42,070 nucleotides of DNA from Candidatus Parcubacteria bacterium (GCA_009691505.1 SICJ01000002.1:1-42070), one strand, 5' to 3'. Shown: positions 15,093 to 24,644, counted from the stretch's first letter. The notes: generated from the letters alone by a model not told the origin. Made by a program: numbers and translations.

Positions 15093-16808
15093 ATGCCTCT
15101 TAGAAAAATATTTAAAATTTTCAAACGCAGAGTTTCTTATAAAGACGCTGAGATATATCCAGACGAGATTTTTCTTGATTCCAGAAATCTACCACAATTT
15201 GACGTGCATCAGTTTGAAGGTCGTTTGGAAAAGCCGATTTCAAAAATTGTTTTAAAAATACTTGGCGGAATTTTCGTTTTTGCTGGTTTAGTTTTTATTT
15301 CTCAGATTTGGATTCTTCAGATTTATAAAGGTAAAGCGTATTCAGAACGAAGTGAAAATAATCGTCTCAGGAAAACTTCTATTTTTTCAAATCGTGGAAT
15401 TATTTATGATAGAAACGCTGTAGAGCTTGCGTCTAATACTATAAACGAATCAGACCCAGATTTTGCTTTACGAAAATATGCGCTAATAAAAGGCATTTCA
15501 CATATTGTGGGTTATTTAAAATATCCCACAAAAGACAGCGCTGGATTTTATTATAAAACAGAATACGATGGTAAAGACGGAGCAGAGAAAATTTTTAATG
15601 ACGAGCTGTCAGGTGAAAATGGCGTAAAAATAGTAGAGACTGACGCGCGCGGAGCAGTAAAATCTGAAAACACAATGCAACCTCCAAAAGATGGAAAAAA
15701 CGTCACGCTAGCTATTGATTCCAGAATCAATGATAAATTATATAAATTAATAGAAGACGCGTCTATTCAACGTGGTTTTCGTGGAGGTGCTGGTGTGATA
15801 ATGGATATTTATACAGGAGAAATACTTTCACTCACGAGTTTTCCAGAACCAGATTTAAATGTGATGACTGACGGTAGCGATAACACAACTATTTCTGGTT
15901 ATTTAAAAAACCCAAACAACCCATTTTTAAATAGAGCGGTATCAGGACTTTATACACCGGGTTCTATCGTAAAACCATACATGGCTCTTGGCGCTTTAAG
16001 TGAAAATATTATTGACCCTTTAAAAAATATTTTAAGTACTGGCTCTATTTCAATACAAAATCCGTATTACAAAGATTTAAAAACCGTTTTTCTGGATTGG
16101 CAACCACAAGGTTGGGTAGATATGCGACAAGCGCTCGCCCTTTCTTCAAACGTATATTTTTACACTATTGGCGGTGGCTATGAAGATCAAAGAGGTCTAG
16201 GTATAGCAAATATAGAAAAATATATGCGGATGATGGGGCTTGGAGAAAAAACAAATATAAATCTTTTGGGTGAAGCAGAAGATACGATTCCTAGTCCTGC
16301 GTGGAAAGAAGAGTTTTTCCCAGGCAATCCATGGAGAATAGGAGATACATATCACACATCTATTGGTCAATATGGTTTTCAACTCACTCCCATTGCAGCG
16401 GTGCGTTCTATAGCCGCGGTTGCAAACAACGGCACACTTTTGACACCGACAATTTTACTTAAAAATAAAGATGAGCTGGTTTTAAATTCAACAACCGTTC
16501 CAATCAAAGATGAATATTTTAAAATTGTGAAAGAGGGAATGAGGCAATCTGTTTTTACTGTTACTGCAAGTGCGCTCAATCTACCTTTTGTTGCGGTGGC
16601 AGCAAAAACAGGTACTGCCGAGCTCGGCACAAAAAAACAATTTGTAAATTCTTGGGTGGTAGGTTTTTTCCCATATGATAATCCACGATATGCTTTTGCC
16701 GTGATACTTGAAAGGGGGGCAAGGACAAATCAGCTGGGCGCGACTTATGTGATGCGCAATTTACTTGATTGGATGCATATCTATACTCCACAATATTTGA
16801 GCGATTGA
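15093..16808 (+). CDS. mrdA: Penicillin-binding protein 2 (elongation transpeptidase)
   Basis: SxxK (SIVK), SxN (SSN) and KTGT(A) motifs, N-terminal TM, and synteny with mreBCD. Confidence 0.88.
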   Translation: MPLRKIFKIFKRRVSYKDAEIYPDEIFLDSRNLPQFDVHQFEGRLEKPISKIVLKILGGIFVFAGLVFISQIWILQIYKGKAYSERSENNRLRKTSIFSNRGIIYDRNAVELASNTINESDPDFALRKYALIKGISHIVGYLKYPTKDSAGFYYKTEYDGKDGAEKIFNDELSGENGVKIVETDARGAVKSENTMQPPKDGKNVTLAIDSRINDKLYKLIEDASIQRGFRGGAGVIMDIYTGEILSLTSFPEPDLNVMTDGSDNTTISGYLKNPNNPFLNRAVSGLYTPGSIVKPYMALGALSENIIDPLKNILSTGSISIQNPYYKDLKTVFLDWQPQGWVDMRQALALSSNVYFYTIGGGYEDQRGLGIANIEKYMRMMGLGEKTNINLLGEAEDTIPSPAWKEEFFPGNPWRIGDTYHTSIGQYGFQLTPIAAVRSIAAVANNGTLLTPTILLKNKDELVLNSTTVPIKDEYFKIVKEGMRQSVFTVTASALNLPFVAVAAKTGTAELGTKKQFVNSWVVGFFPYDNPRYAFAVILERGARTNQLGATYVMRNLLDWMHIYTPQYLSD

Positions 16809-16860
16809 CTTTTAGGTTCTTAATCTATACAATATCCACAATTATATAAAAAAGACTACC

Positions 16861-17328
16861 ATGAAAGAAGAAAAGCACTATTTAACGCAAAAGAAATTTG
16901 ATGAATTCAAGGCGGAGCTTGAAACACTAAAAACTGTCCGAAGAAAAGAAGTGGCAGAAAATCTAGAATATGCAAAAGCACTTGGGGATCTTTCAGAAAA
17001 CGCAGAATATCATGAAGCACGCGACACGCAGGCAAACATAGAAGATAGGATTTCAAAACTAGAATCTATCATGAAAACCTCTGTTATAGTTTCAAGTCAC
17101 GATACTAATTCTGTAGATGTGGGTTCTGTGGTTACAGTACAAAAAGAAAAAGAAAAATCAGATCATACATATACTATCGTGGGTTCAGAAGAAGCGGATA
17201 TTTCTGCTTTTAAAATATCAATGACATCTCCACTTGGCGCCGCGCTCATCGGACGAAAAAAAGGTGAACATTTTTCAGTTTCCACTCCGAGTGGAATAAT
17301 GAAGTATACTGTAGTAGAGATAAAATAG
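16861..17328 (+). CDS. greA: Transcription elongation factor GreA
   Basis: Coiled-coil N-terminus containing GDLSENAEYHEARD, plus the C-terminal FKBP-like domain. Confidence 0.93.
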   Translation: MKEEKHYLTQKKFDEFKAELETLKTVRRKEVAENLEYAKALGDLSENAEYHEARDTQANIEDRISKLESIMKTSVIVSSHDTNSVDVGSVVTVQKEKEKSDHTYTIVGSEEADISAFKISMTSPLGAALIGRKKGEHFSVSTPSGIMKYTVVEIK

Positions 17329-17352
17329 TTTTCGCGCTCGCGCGATTTTGCA

Positions 17353-18819
17353 ATGTCTTCTTTTGATGAAATAAGAAATAATAGAATACAAAAAGTAGAA
17401 GCGCTTAAAAAAGCGGGTGTTTCTGTTTATCCGGTAAATTCCGCACGCGACCATTCTCTTGCTGAAGCCGTGAGTGATTTTGACACGATTTCCGGCGGGA
17501 AGAAAAGTGTACATCTCTGTGGGCGAATAATGTCTTTGCGACCGCAAGGCGCGCTTGTGTTTTTTACGCTTGACGACGGCACCGGACGATTTCAAGGACT
17601 TATCAAAAAAGGAGAGATAGATGAAAAGCAGTATGAGCTTTTTGCGACGATGACGGATATTGGCGATTTTATAGAAGTTTACGGTCCACTTTTTGTGACG
17701 GCACGAGGAGAAAAATCTATTCAAGTGCTAGCGTGGAAAATGCTTTCAAAAAGCTTGCGACCATTACCAGAAAAATGGCACGGTCTGCAGGATGCTGATG
17801 AGCGTTTTAGAAAAAGATATTTAGATACTTTGATGTCGCCTGAAGTGAAAGCACGATTTTTAATGCGTTCTCGTATCATCGCCGAGCTACGTTCACACTT
17901 TGATAAAAAAGATTATCTTGAAGTGGAGACTCCTATGCTTCAACCGCTTTCTGGTGGAGCGAGTGCCGAGCCTTTTGTGACTCATCATAATGCTCTAGAT
18001 ATGGATTTATTTTTGCGAATTGCGCCAGAGCTTTATTTAAAAAAACTCTTGATCGGTGGTTTTCCAAAAGTTTATGAAATAAATAGAAATTTTAGAAATG
18101 AGGGAATAGACATGACTCACAATCCTGAGTTTACGATGCTTGAGTTTTATGAAAGTTTCAGTAACGCAAGTGAGCAAATGATTTTTACTGAAAAAATGCT
18201 AAAGGGAATTGTGAAAAAACTTCTCGGCAAAACCAGTTTTGAATTTGACGGGCAAGCGATAGATTTCAAAAAGAAATTTGCGACGATTTCATATTCTGAC
18301 TTACTTAAAAGATACGCGCTCGTTTCCAACCCCGAAACTATTTCACTGGAAGACGCTCGCGCGAAAGCAATGCAACTCGGCGTAAAAGTAGATCCTACAG
18401 ACCCTGCGCAAAAAATTATTGATAATATTTACAAAAAAACTTGTCGACCGAAAATTATCCAGCCAACTTTTGTGATTGATTATCCGACCGCCAATTTTCC
18501 ACTAGCAAAAAAGAAAGAGGGAAATGACGCGATTGCTGAAGTTTTTCAGTTCGTCGTGTGTGGTATTGAGCTTGTGAAAGGTTTTTCAGAACTCAACGAT
18601 CCGCTAGATCAGCGCGCACGTTTTGAAGCACAGGAAGAAAATAAAAAGCTGGGCGACGCAGAAGCACAGACCACTGACGAAGAATTTATTGAAGCGATGG
18701 AATACGGAATGCCACCAGCTGGCGGTGTGGGTATCGGTATTGACCGTCTCGTAATGCTTCTCACAAATACTAAAAATATAAAAGAGGTGATTTTGTTCCC
18801 GACGATGAGGAATAAGTAA
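17353..18819 (+). CDS. lysS: Lysine--tRNA ligase (class II)
   Basis: OB-fold N-domain and class II motifs (FRNEGID; GGVGIGIDRL). Confidence 0.94.
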   Translation: MSSFDEIRNNRIQKVEALKKAGVSVYPVNSARDHSLAEAVSDFDTISGGKKSVHLCGRIMSLRPQGALVFFTLDDGTGRFQGLIKKGEIDEKQYELFATMTDIGDFIEVYGPLFVTARGEKSIQVLAWKMLSKSLRPLPEKWHGLQDADERFRKRYLDTLMSPEVKARFLMRSRIIAELRSHFDKKDYLEVETPMLQPLSGGASAEPFVTHHNALDMDLFLRIAPELYLKKLLIGGFPKVYEINRNFRNEGIDMTHNPEFTMLEFYESFSNASEQMIFTEKMLKGIVKKLLGKTSFEFDGQAIDFKKKFATISYSDLLKRYALVSNPETISLEDARAKAMQLGVKVDPTDPAQKIIDNIYKKTCRPKIIQPTFVIDYPTANFPLAKKKEGNDAIAEVFQFVVCGIELVKGFSELNDPLDQRARFEAQEENKKLGDAEAQTTDEEFIEAMEYGMPPAGGVGIGIDRLVMLLTNTKNIKEVILFPTMRNK

Positions 18820-18838
18820 TAATGTGCCGGACATAAAC

Positions 18839-18867
18839 TTGACACAAAGTCACAATGGGTGGATGAT
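18839..18867 (+). promoter_or_regulatory. Candidate promoter of the less AT-rich cassette (TTGACA-17-GATGAT)
   Basis: A perfect -35, a 17-nt spacer and a 4/6 -10. It would give a leader of about 155 nt carrying several stems, for example TTGCCACA/TGTGGCAA and ACCGAC/GTCGGT. Confidence 0.4.
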
Positions 18868-19029
18868 AACAACAGATAGATCATTGAAACTAACTTACAT
18901 TTGCCACAGCCTAGAGTGCCTATAAATAACCAAAAATAAGGGCTTTCTATGTTGTGGCAAAACGCCACTGTCCCTATAACCTCGGGAAGAGGTGGAATCA
19001 CCGACAATTAGTCGGTAAAGGTGTATCTC

Positions 19030-19140
19030 ATGACACGCGGTCAATTTACATATGAACAAATAGTGGCGGTCTGGAACAAGTTAGGTAGCAAGGAAGCTAC
19101 TGTACGCTTACTAGAACAAAAGAGTCTAAGGTGGTTATGA
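19030..19140 (+). CDS. 36-aa ORF (MTRGQFTYEQIVAVWNKLGSKEATVRLLEQKSLRWL), coupled to the next ORF
   Basis: SD-like AAAGGTG lies 6 nt upstream. Its TGA overlaps the ATG of the next ORF (ATGA). It may instead be the detached N-terminus of a frameshifted gene. Confidence 0.4.
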   Translation: MTRGQFTYEQIVAVWNKLGSKEATVRLLEQKSLRWL

Positions 19141-19565
19141 ATCAATACATCATTGACGGCGAAAAGAAGCCCTTCCAACCAAAGGGCTGGGCTATTGTGG
19201 AGCATCGTAAAGACGGTTGGTCACCGTGGAACTCAAAGCATGCCCTGCATCTCTCCTGCGGTCAGAAGGGCAATAATGTCAGCAATGGTAACCAGCTCCG
19301 CGAGGAACTCGCTGGTCTAGCTGTCCTGAACGCCAACACGTTGGATTATTTTTTAAGTAATCCAGACCGCATTCCCACATCATGGAAAATGGATAAAAAA
19401 GGACGTCACTGGTGGGTTTGTTTTTGGGGCACGATCTACCGTCTTTACGACGGTGGTCTCTGTGTCCGATGCCTCTGCTGGGGCACCTATGGGTGGTGCT
19501 GGAGTTCCTGCAGGATTGGCCTTTCCTTTTCTGGACAATACCCTGCGGCTGTGCTCGTAAGTTAA
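19137..19565 (+). CDS. Hypothetical Trp/Cys-rich protein, 142 aa
   Basis: AAGGTGG lies just upstream. The C-terminus reads WWVCFWGTIYRLYDGGLCVRCLCWGTYGWCWSSC. No family recognised. The ORF track opens this frame at the GTG at 19131. Confidence 0.55.
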   Translation: MNQYIIDGEKKPFQPKGWAIVEHRKDGWSPWNSKHALHLSCGQKGNNVSNGNQLREELAGLAVLNANTLDYFLSNPDRIPTSWKMDKKGRHWWVCFWGTIYRLYDGGLCVRCLCWGTYGWCWSSCRIGLSFSGQYPAAVLVS

Positions 19566-19664
19566 AGTTATGAGGACTCGTTCTCTGTGATCTTTTAGAT
19601 CCTTGGGACTTAGTTCTTCTCGGCGATTTTCGCCAAAAGTATTCCAAAACTTTAAATATGGAAA

Positions 19665-19691
19665 CTCTGCATGTAATGTGCAGGGTTTTTT
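19665..19691 (+). terminator. Intrinsic terminator closing the cassette
   Basis: CTCTGCA-tgtaatg-TGCAGGG followed by TTTTTT. Confidence 0.75.
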
Positions 19692-19715
19692 CTTTATCTA
19701 AAACCCTAAACAAAA

Positions 19716-19783
19716 GTGTGGATAACTATGTAGTATTGTGGGATAGAGTGTCATATAATGTGTATCAAGTGGGAGAAAGTGGT
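19716..19783 (+). promoter_or_regulatory. mraZ control region: TATAAT at 19754-19759, GTGG(G/T) repeats, and one perfect TGTGGATAA
   Basis: GTGG motifs at 19718, 19738, 19769 and 19779, the last two 10 nt apart. TGTGGATAA is at 19717-19725. Confidence 0.45.
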
Positions 19784-19800
19784 AAGCATAAAAAATCACA

Positions 19801-20235
19801 ATGCTTTTAGGAGAATACACACATACGGTAGATGAAAAAAATAGAATTTCGTTGCCGTCAAAATTTCGCAAAGAAGTAGGAAAAAAAATTGTGATTACCC
19901 ACGGTTTAGATACGTGTCTGTTTTTGTATCCGCTCAAAGAATGGGCAAAAATTGCGAGTAAACTTTCCGAGCTCGGAATGGGACAAGCAGACACGCGAGG
20001 GTTCAATCGTTTTATGCTCGCTGGAGCAGTAGAAGCGGACGTAGACGGCACAGGTCGAATCCTCATTCCTGATTTTCTTAAGGAATTTGCTGACCTTAAG
20101 AATAAAGTTGTTTTCACTGGAGTCCACAACAGAGTGGAAATCTGGAATGAAAAAAACTGGAAGGAATACAAGAGCAGAATTGAAAAGCAAGCGGATAGAA
20201 TGGCGGAAAAGCTTGGTGAGATAGGAGTCTTTTAA
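19801..20235 (+). CDS. mraZ: Transcriptional regulator MraZ
   Basis: MLLGEYTHTVDEKNRISLPSKFR and a second SpoVT-AbrB repeat (DGTGRILIP). Confidence 0.93.
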   Translation: MLLGEYTHTVDEKNRISLPSKFRKEVGKKIVITHGLDTCLFLYPLKEWAKIASKLSELGMGQADTRGFNRFMLAGAVEADVDGTGRILIPDFLKEFADLKNKVVFTGVHNRVEIWNEKNWKEYKSRIEKQADRMAEKLGEIGVF

Positions 20236-20238
20236 TAT

Positions 20239-21183
20239 ATGCAAGCGCCAAGTATAAAAGTATCCGCTAGTAAAAGCAATCAAAACAGTGTGGTTCACAA
20301 AAGTGTTCTTTTACAACAATCAATACTCGGATTAGATATCAAAGCAGGAGATGTCTTCGTAGATGCGACGCTCGGTGGCGGAGGTCATAGCGAAGCGGTC
20401 TGCGAGGTTGCTCACGGCAACGTGACAATCATCGGCGTAGACGCAGACCAAAAAGCAGTACAAAGATCTCAAATGCGTTTGAAAAAACAGGACTGCAAAA
20501 TTTTATTTAAACAATCCAACTTTCGCAACCTTGATGTCGTGCTCGCAGAGCTAGGATTTACGCAAGTAGATAAAATTCTTTTTGATCTAGGATTGAGTTC
20601 ACAAGAAATACAAGAGTCTGGTAGGGGATTTACATTTCAAAAAAATGAACCACTTCTCATGACTTTCAATGCCGAGCCAAAAGAAGAAGACTTAACTGCC
20701 CGCGAAATCGTAAATACTTGGGATGAAGAAAATATTGAAACGATAATCAAAAGCTATGGCGAAGAAAAATATGCGCGTCGCATTGCAAGAATGATAGTAG
20801 AGAGTCGCGCAGAAAAGCCGATAGAAACCACTTTTGATCTCGTGGAAATAATTAAAATGGCGACGCCAAGCTCTTATCATAGAATGAAAATTCATCCAGC
20901 GACTCGCACATTTCAAGCCCTGCGAATGACAGTAAACGACGAGGTTCGCACTCTCACCGAAGGTTTAGAAAAAAGTTTTGCGAGTTTGCGGGTAGGTGGG
21001 CGAATAGCGGTGATTTCTTTCCACAGTATTGAAGACAGAGTTGTAAAACATTATTTTAAAAAGTTGGCGGTAGACGGAAAATTAATTTTAATAAACAAAA
21101 AACCAATAACCCCGACAGACGAGGAAATCGCCGAAAATCCCAGATCCAGAAGCGCCAAACTCAGAATCATAGAGAAAATTTAA
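20239..21183 (+). CDS. rsmH: 16S rRNA (cytosine1402-N4)-methyltransferase RsmH
   Basis: HKSVLL...DATLGGGGHS and FHSIEDR motifs, plus dcw synteny. Confidence 0.93.
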   Translation: MQAPSIKVSASKSNQNSVVHKSVLLQQSILGLDIKAGDVFVDATLGGGGHSEAVCEVAHGNVTIIGVDADQKAVQRSQMRLKKQDCKILFKQSNFRNLDVVLAELGFTQVDKILFDLGLSSQEIQESGRGFTFQKNEPLLMTFNAEPKEEDLTAREIVNTWDEENIETIIKSYGEEKYARRIARMIVESRAEKPIETTFDLVEIIKMATPSSYHRMKIHPATRTFQALRMTVNDEVRTLTEGLEKSFASLRVGGRIAVISFHSIEDRVVKHYFKKLAVDGKLILINKKPITPTDEEIAENPRSRSAKLRIIEKI

Positions 21184-21219
21184 AAAAGCCCTTTTAAAAA
21201 AGCCCATTAAAAAACTAAA

Positions 21220-21543
21220 ATGAAAGCAAAAATAATAGAATTAAAAAACGAAAGAACGATGGTGTGGGTTACTCTAGCCTTTGTTGTAACACTTCTTTTG
21301 CTATATGTATATTTCATGAATGAAACAGTTTTTACTGTTGCAAAACGGGCAAGCTTACAACAAGAGCTCGCTTTACACACTTCTAAAATCAGCCAGCTTG
21401 AATTCAAAAGTATCTCACTTCGCAACAACATTGATTTAGCACTTGCATATTCTCTTGGTTTCAATGATATAAAAACAAACGAACTTAGGTACATTTCAAA
21501 AACTCCCACCACAGCTCTCGCAACACTTAGCAGTGTTCAGTAA
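21220..21543 (+). CDS. ftsL: FtsL-like small bitopic division protein
   Basis: A single TM followed by a coiled coil, positioned between rsmH and ftsI. The sequence itself is not diagnostic. Confidence 0.45.
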   Translation: MKAKIIELKNERTMVWVTLAFVVTLLLLYVYFMNETVFTVAKRASLQQELALHTSKISQLEFKSISLRNNIDLALAYSLGFNDIKTNELRYISKTPTTALATLSSVQ

Positions 21544-21563
21544 CGTGTTATGCTTAAATTAGG

Positions 21564-23273
21564 ATGAAACCTAGTATTTTTAGAATCAGATTTTTATTTT
21601 CCCTCATTTTTTTATGCGTCCTCGTGCTTGTATTTCGTTTGTATATTGTGCAAGTGGTAGATGCTGGTAAATATAAAGACGTAGCAAATCAACAACACAC
21701 AAAAATAGCTTCAAGTATTTTTAATCGTGGAACGATTAGTTTTACAAAAAAAGACGGAGGGCTCGTCTCGGCGGCAACCTTGCAATCTGGGTATACCGTC
21801 GCTATAAATCCACGAATTTTAAAAAATGCGGAAGATGTTTATAAAAAACTCGTCGCTCTCGTGCCTAGTTTAGATGAAAATATTTTTCTCACTCACGCAA
21901 AAAAAATAAACGACCCACACGAGGAAATTTTAAAACATGTGGATAGCGACACTGGCAAAAAAATCGGCGCACTCGGTATTGCTGGATTAAGCATTTTTCA
22001 AGACAAATGGAGATTTTATCCGGGAGATTCTATGGCTGCTCACGTCCTTGGACTCGTGGGATACAAGGGTAATGAGCTCGGCGGACGATATGGTTTAGAG
22101 CGTTTTTATGAAGACAATTTAAAAAAAGATAATCAGGTATCTTATGTCAATTTTTTTGTTAGTATTTTTTCAAACATAAAAAACGGTCTGTCTGGTAATG
22201 CAAAATATGAAGGGGATATTGTGACTACTATTGAGCCGTCAGTGGAGGCTTTTTTAGAACGTGAGCTGGAACAAGTAAATAAAAAATGGTCTTCGGATTA
22301 TAGCGGTGGAATAATTATTGACCCAAAAACTGGTGAGATAATAGCGATGGCATTGTATCCGACCTTTAATCCAAACGCACCTCAAAATGAAATCAGCTCT
22401 GCTATTTTTTCCAATCTTCTTGTAGAAAATGTTTACGAAATGGGTTCTATTATCAAACCTCTCACAATGTCTGCTGGAATAGACGCTCTTGCCGTCACTC
22501 CAAAAACAACATATTTTGATACAGGTTCCGTGACTTTAAACGGCAAGACGATTTCAAATTATGACGGAAAAGGTCGCGGACTTATTCCAATGCAAGAAGT
22601 GCTCAATCAGTCGCTCAACACTGGCGCGGCTTTTGTTGTAAAAACGATGGGAAAAGAAAAGTTTTCAAAATATATGTTTGATTTTGGTCTTGGTGAAAAA
22701 TCAGGAATTGATTTACCAAATGAAGCCGCTCCACTTGTGGCTAATTTAAATAGTCCAAGAGAAATAGAGCCAACGACCGCATCTTTTGGACAAGGAATAG
22801 CTATCTCTCCAATCGTTACTGTGCGCGCGCTTTCCGTTTTAGCAAATGGGGGAATACTTATAAATCCACACATTGTAAAAAAAATTGACTACACCACAGG
22901 CCTTTCAAAAACCGTATCTTTTCCAGAAGGTCGGCGTGTTTTAAAGTCAGAAACATCTGAAACGATATCAAAAATGCTAGTAGAAACCGTAGACAAATCT
23001 ATTATTGAGGGGAAAATAAAAATTTCAAATTATAGCGTTGCCGCAAAGACGGGGACTGCTCAGATTGCAAAAGAGGAAGGAGGCGGTTATTATGATGACC
23101 GATTCCTGCATTCGTTTTTTGGTTATTTCCCAGCATATAATCCTCGTTTTCTGGTTTTTATTTTCACATATTATCCAAAAGGTGTGAAATATTCTTCCGA
23201 TACATTACCATTTCCATTTATGAATATTACAAAATTCCTCATCAATTATTACGATATTCCGCCAGACCGATAG
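21564..23273 (+). CDS. ftsI: Penicillin-binding protein (FtsI/PBP3-type transpeptidase)
   Basis: SIIK (SxxK), SLN (SxN) and KTGTA motifs, N-terminal TM, and its position in the dcw cluster. Confidence 0.88.
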   Translation: MKPSIFRIRFLFSLIFLCVLVLVFRLYIVQVVDAGKYKDVANQQHTKIASSIFNRGTISFTKKDGGLVSAATLQSGYTVAINPRILKNAEDVYKKLVALVPSLDENIFLTHAKKINDPHEEILKHVDSDTGKKIGALGIAGLSIFQDKWRFYPGDSMAAHVLGLVGYKGNELGGRYGLERFYEDNLKKDNQVSYVNFFVSIFSNIKNGLSGNAKYEGDIVTTIEPSVEAFLERELEQVNKKWSSDYSGGIIIDPKTGEIIAMALYPTFNPNAPQNEISSAIFSNLLVENVYEMGSIIKPLTMSAGIDALAVTPKTTYFDTGSVTLNGKTISNYDGKGRGLIPMQEVLNQSLNTGAAFVVKTMGKEKFSKYMFDFGLGEKSGIDLPNEAAPLVANLNSPREIEPTTASFGQGIAISPIVTVRALSVLANGGILINPHIVKKIDYTTGLSKTVSFPEGRRVLKSETSETISKMLVETVDKSIIEGKIKISNYSVAAKTGTAQIAKEEGGGYYDDRFLHSFFGYFPAYNPRFLVFIFTYYPKGVKYSSDTLPFPFMNITKFLINYYDIPPDR

Positions 23274-23285
23274 TTAAAAGACCCA

Positions 23286-24644
23286 ATGACAAAAAAAATA
23301 TTTAAAAAAATAATAGCCTACATAATTTTAGTTGAGGCAAAACTAGTGCTTAAAAAATATAAGCCAAAGATTATTGCTGTGACGGGAAGTGTGGGGAAAA
23401 CCACATCCAAAGACGCCATTTATGCTGCACTTTCACAATTTTATTTTATACGAAAAAGTTTAAAAACTCTGAATACCGATATCGGCGTACCACTTACTAT
23501 TATCGGGTGTCCAAATGGTTGGAGCAATCCTTTTGTTTGGATGAAAAATATTTTAGAGGGAATTGCTCTCATTATTTTACCAAATGTTTATCCAAAGTGG
23601 CTTGTGCTTGAAATCGGAATAGATAAGCCCGGAGATATGGAATATATCACCTCGTGGCTAAAGCCAGACATTGTGGTGCTTACACGTTTGAGTAAAGTGC
23701 CTGTGCATGTAGAATTTTTTTCGTCGCCACAAGCTGTGATGGAAGAAAAAGGGAAACTCGTAAAAGCAGTAAAACCAAACGGCGTAGTAATTTTAAATGC
23801 AGATGATGAAGACGTGCTTGCGTTTAGAGGTGTCACAAAAGCACGCACAATTTTATTTTCTGCTGACACAGATCACGACACAAATCACGGCGCCGATCTC
23901 GTCGCTTCAAATTACGCTGTTACTTATGAAGAAAAAGCTGGCGAGCAAGTTCCAACAGGAATTACATTTAGACTAGATTACGACAGCACAAGTATTCCTG
24001 TCACTATTTACGGTTCGCTCGGACATCAATATGTTTATACTTGTCTCGCGGCTTTATCTGTAGGAGTTTCGCAAGGACTCAATCTCGTGAAGCTCGCCAG
24101 TGCGCTTTCTTCATACGAGACTCCGCCGGGAAGAATGAAAATTTTGGAAGGAATAAAAAATTCTATACTCATTGACGACACATATAATTCTTCGCCAGTT
24201 GCTTTGGCGTCTGCTCTTGACGCACTCGCGGATTTAAAAAGTGGCAGAAAAATAGCGGTGCTTGGCGACATGCTTGAACTTGGAAAATACTCTACTGAAG
24301 AACATCGCACAGCTGGCGCGCGCGTGGCAGAGGTCGCGGATGTCTTGATTACAATAGGCGTGCGTGCACGTTTTTTTGCAGAAGGTGCTCTGGGAGTAGG
24401 TGGAGGTGGCGAAGCTCGCGCGACGCACGCAAAAAAAATGAAAGAAAAGAATATTATAAAATTTGAAGACTCAAAACAAGCTAAAGAATTCCTAAAGAAA
24501 TTTATAAAAAAAGGCGATATCGTGCTTTTGAAGGGGTCGCAATCTATGCGTGTAGAACGTGTGACAGAAGGGCTACTGGCTCATCCTGAGTATTCAGTGG
24601 ACCTTTTGGTGCGACAGGACAAGGACTGGCTGAAACGGCAGTAA
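23286..24644 (+). CDS. murF: UDP-N-acetylmuramoyl-tripeptide--D-alanyl-D-alanine ligase
   Basis: Mur ligase P-loop VTGSVGKTTSKD and a DDTYNSSP motif. Contains the Gly-rich insert GVGGGGEARATH. Confidence 0.9.
   Translation: MTKKIFKKIIAYIILVEAKLVLKKYKPKIIAVTGSVGKTTSKDAIYAALSQFYFIRKSLKTLNTDIGVPLTIIGCPNGWSNPFVWMKNILEGIALIILPNVYPKWLVLEIGIDKPGDMEYITSWLKPDIVVLTRLSKVPVHVEFFSSPQAVMEEKGKLVKAVKPNGVVILNADDEDVLAFRGVTKARTILFSADTDHDTNHGADLVASNYAVTYEEKAGEQVPTGITFRLDYDSTSIPVTIYGSLGHQYVYTCLAALSVGVSQGLNLVKLASALSSYETPPGRMKILEGIKNSILIDDTYNSSPVALASALDALADLKSGRKIAVLGDMLELGKYSTEEHRTAGARVAEVADVLITIGVRARFFAEGALGVGGGGEARATHAKKMKEKNIIKFEDSKQAKEFLKKFIKKGDIVLLKGSQSMRVERVTEGLLAHPEYSVDLLVRQDKDWLKRQ

Noticed and set aside
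16838-19725. A replication origin inferred from DnaA-box matches (ATATCCACA at 16838, TGTGGATAA at 19717, plus TGTGGATAA inside murA at 6889)
   Set aside because: The boxes are scattered singletons. There is no cluster, no AT-rich unwinding element next to them, and no dnaA or dnaN nearby. One lies in coding sequence.
24355-24435. Apparent symmetry around the Gly-rich insert of murF (GCGTGCGTGCACGTTTTTTT ... GCGACGCACGCAAAAAAAA)
   Set aside because: The two halves are complementary in the same reading direction, so their segment order is swapped and they are not reverse-complementary. Only an 8-bp stem with a loop of about 55 nt could form, and that is expected by chance many times in 42 kb.
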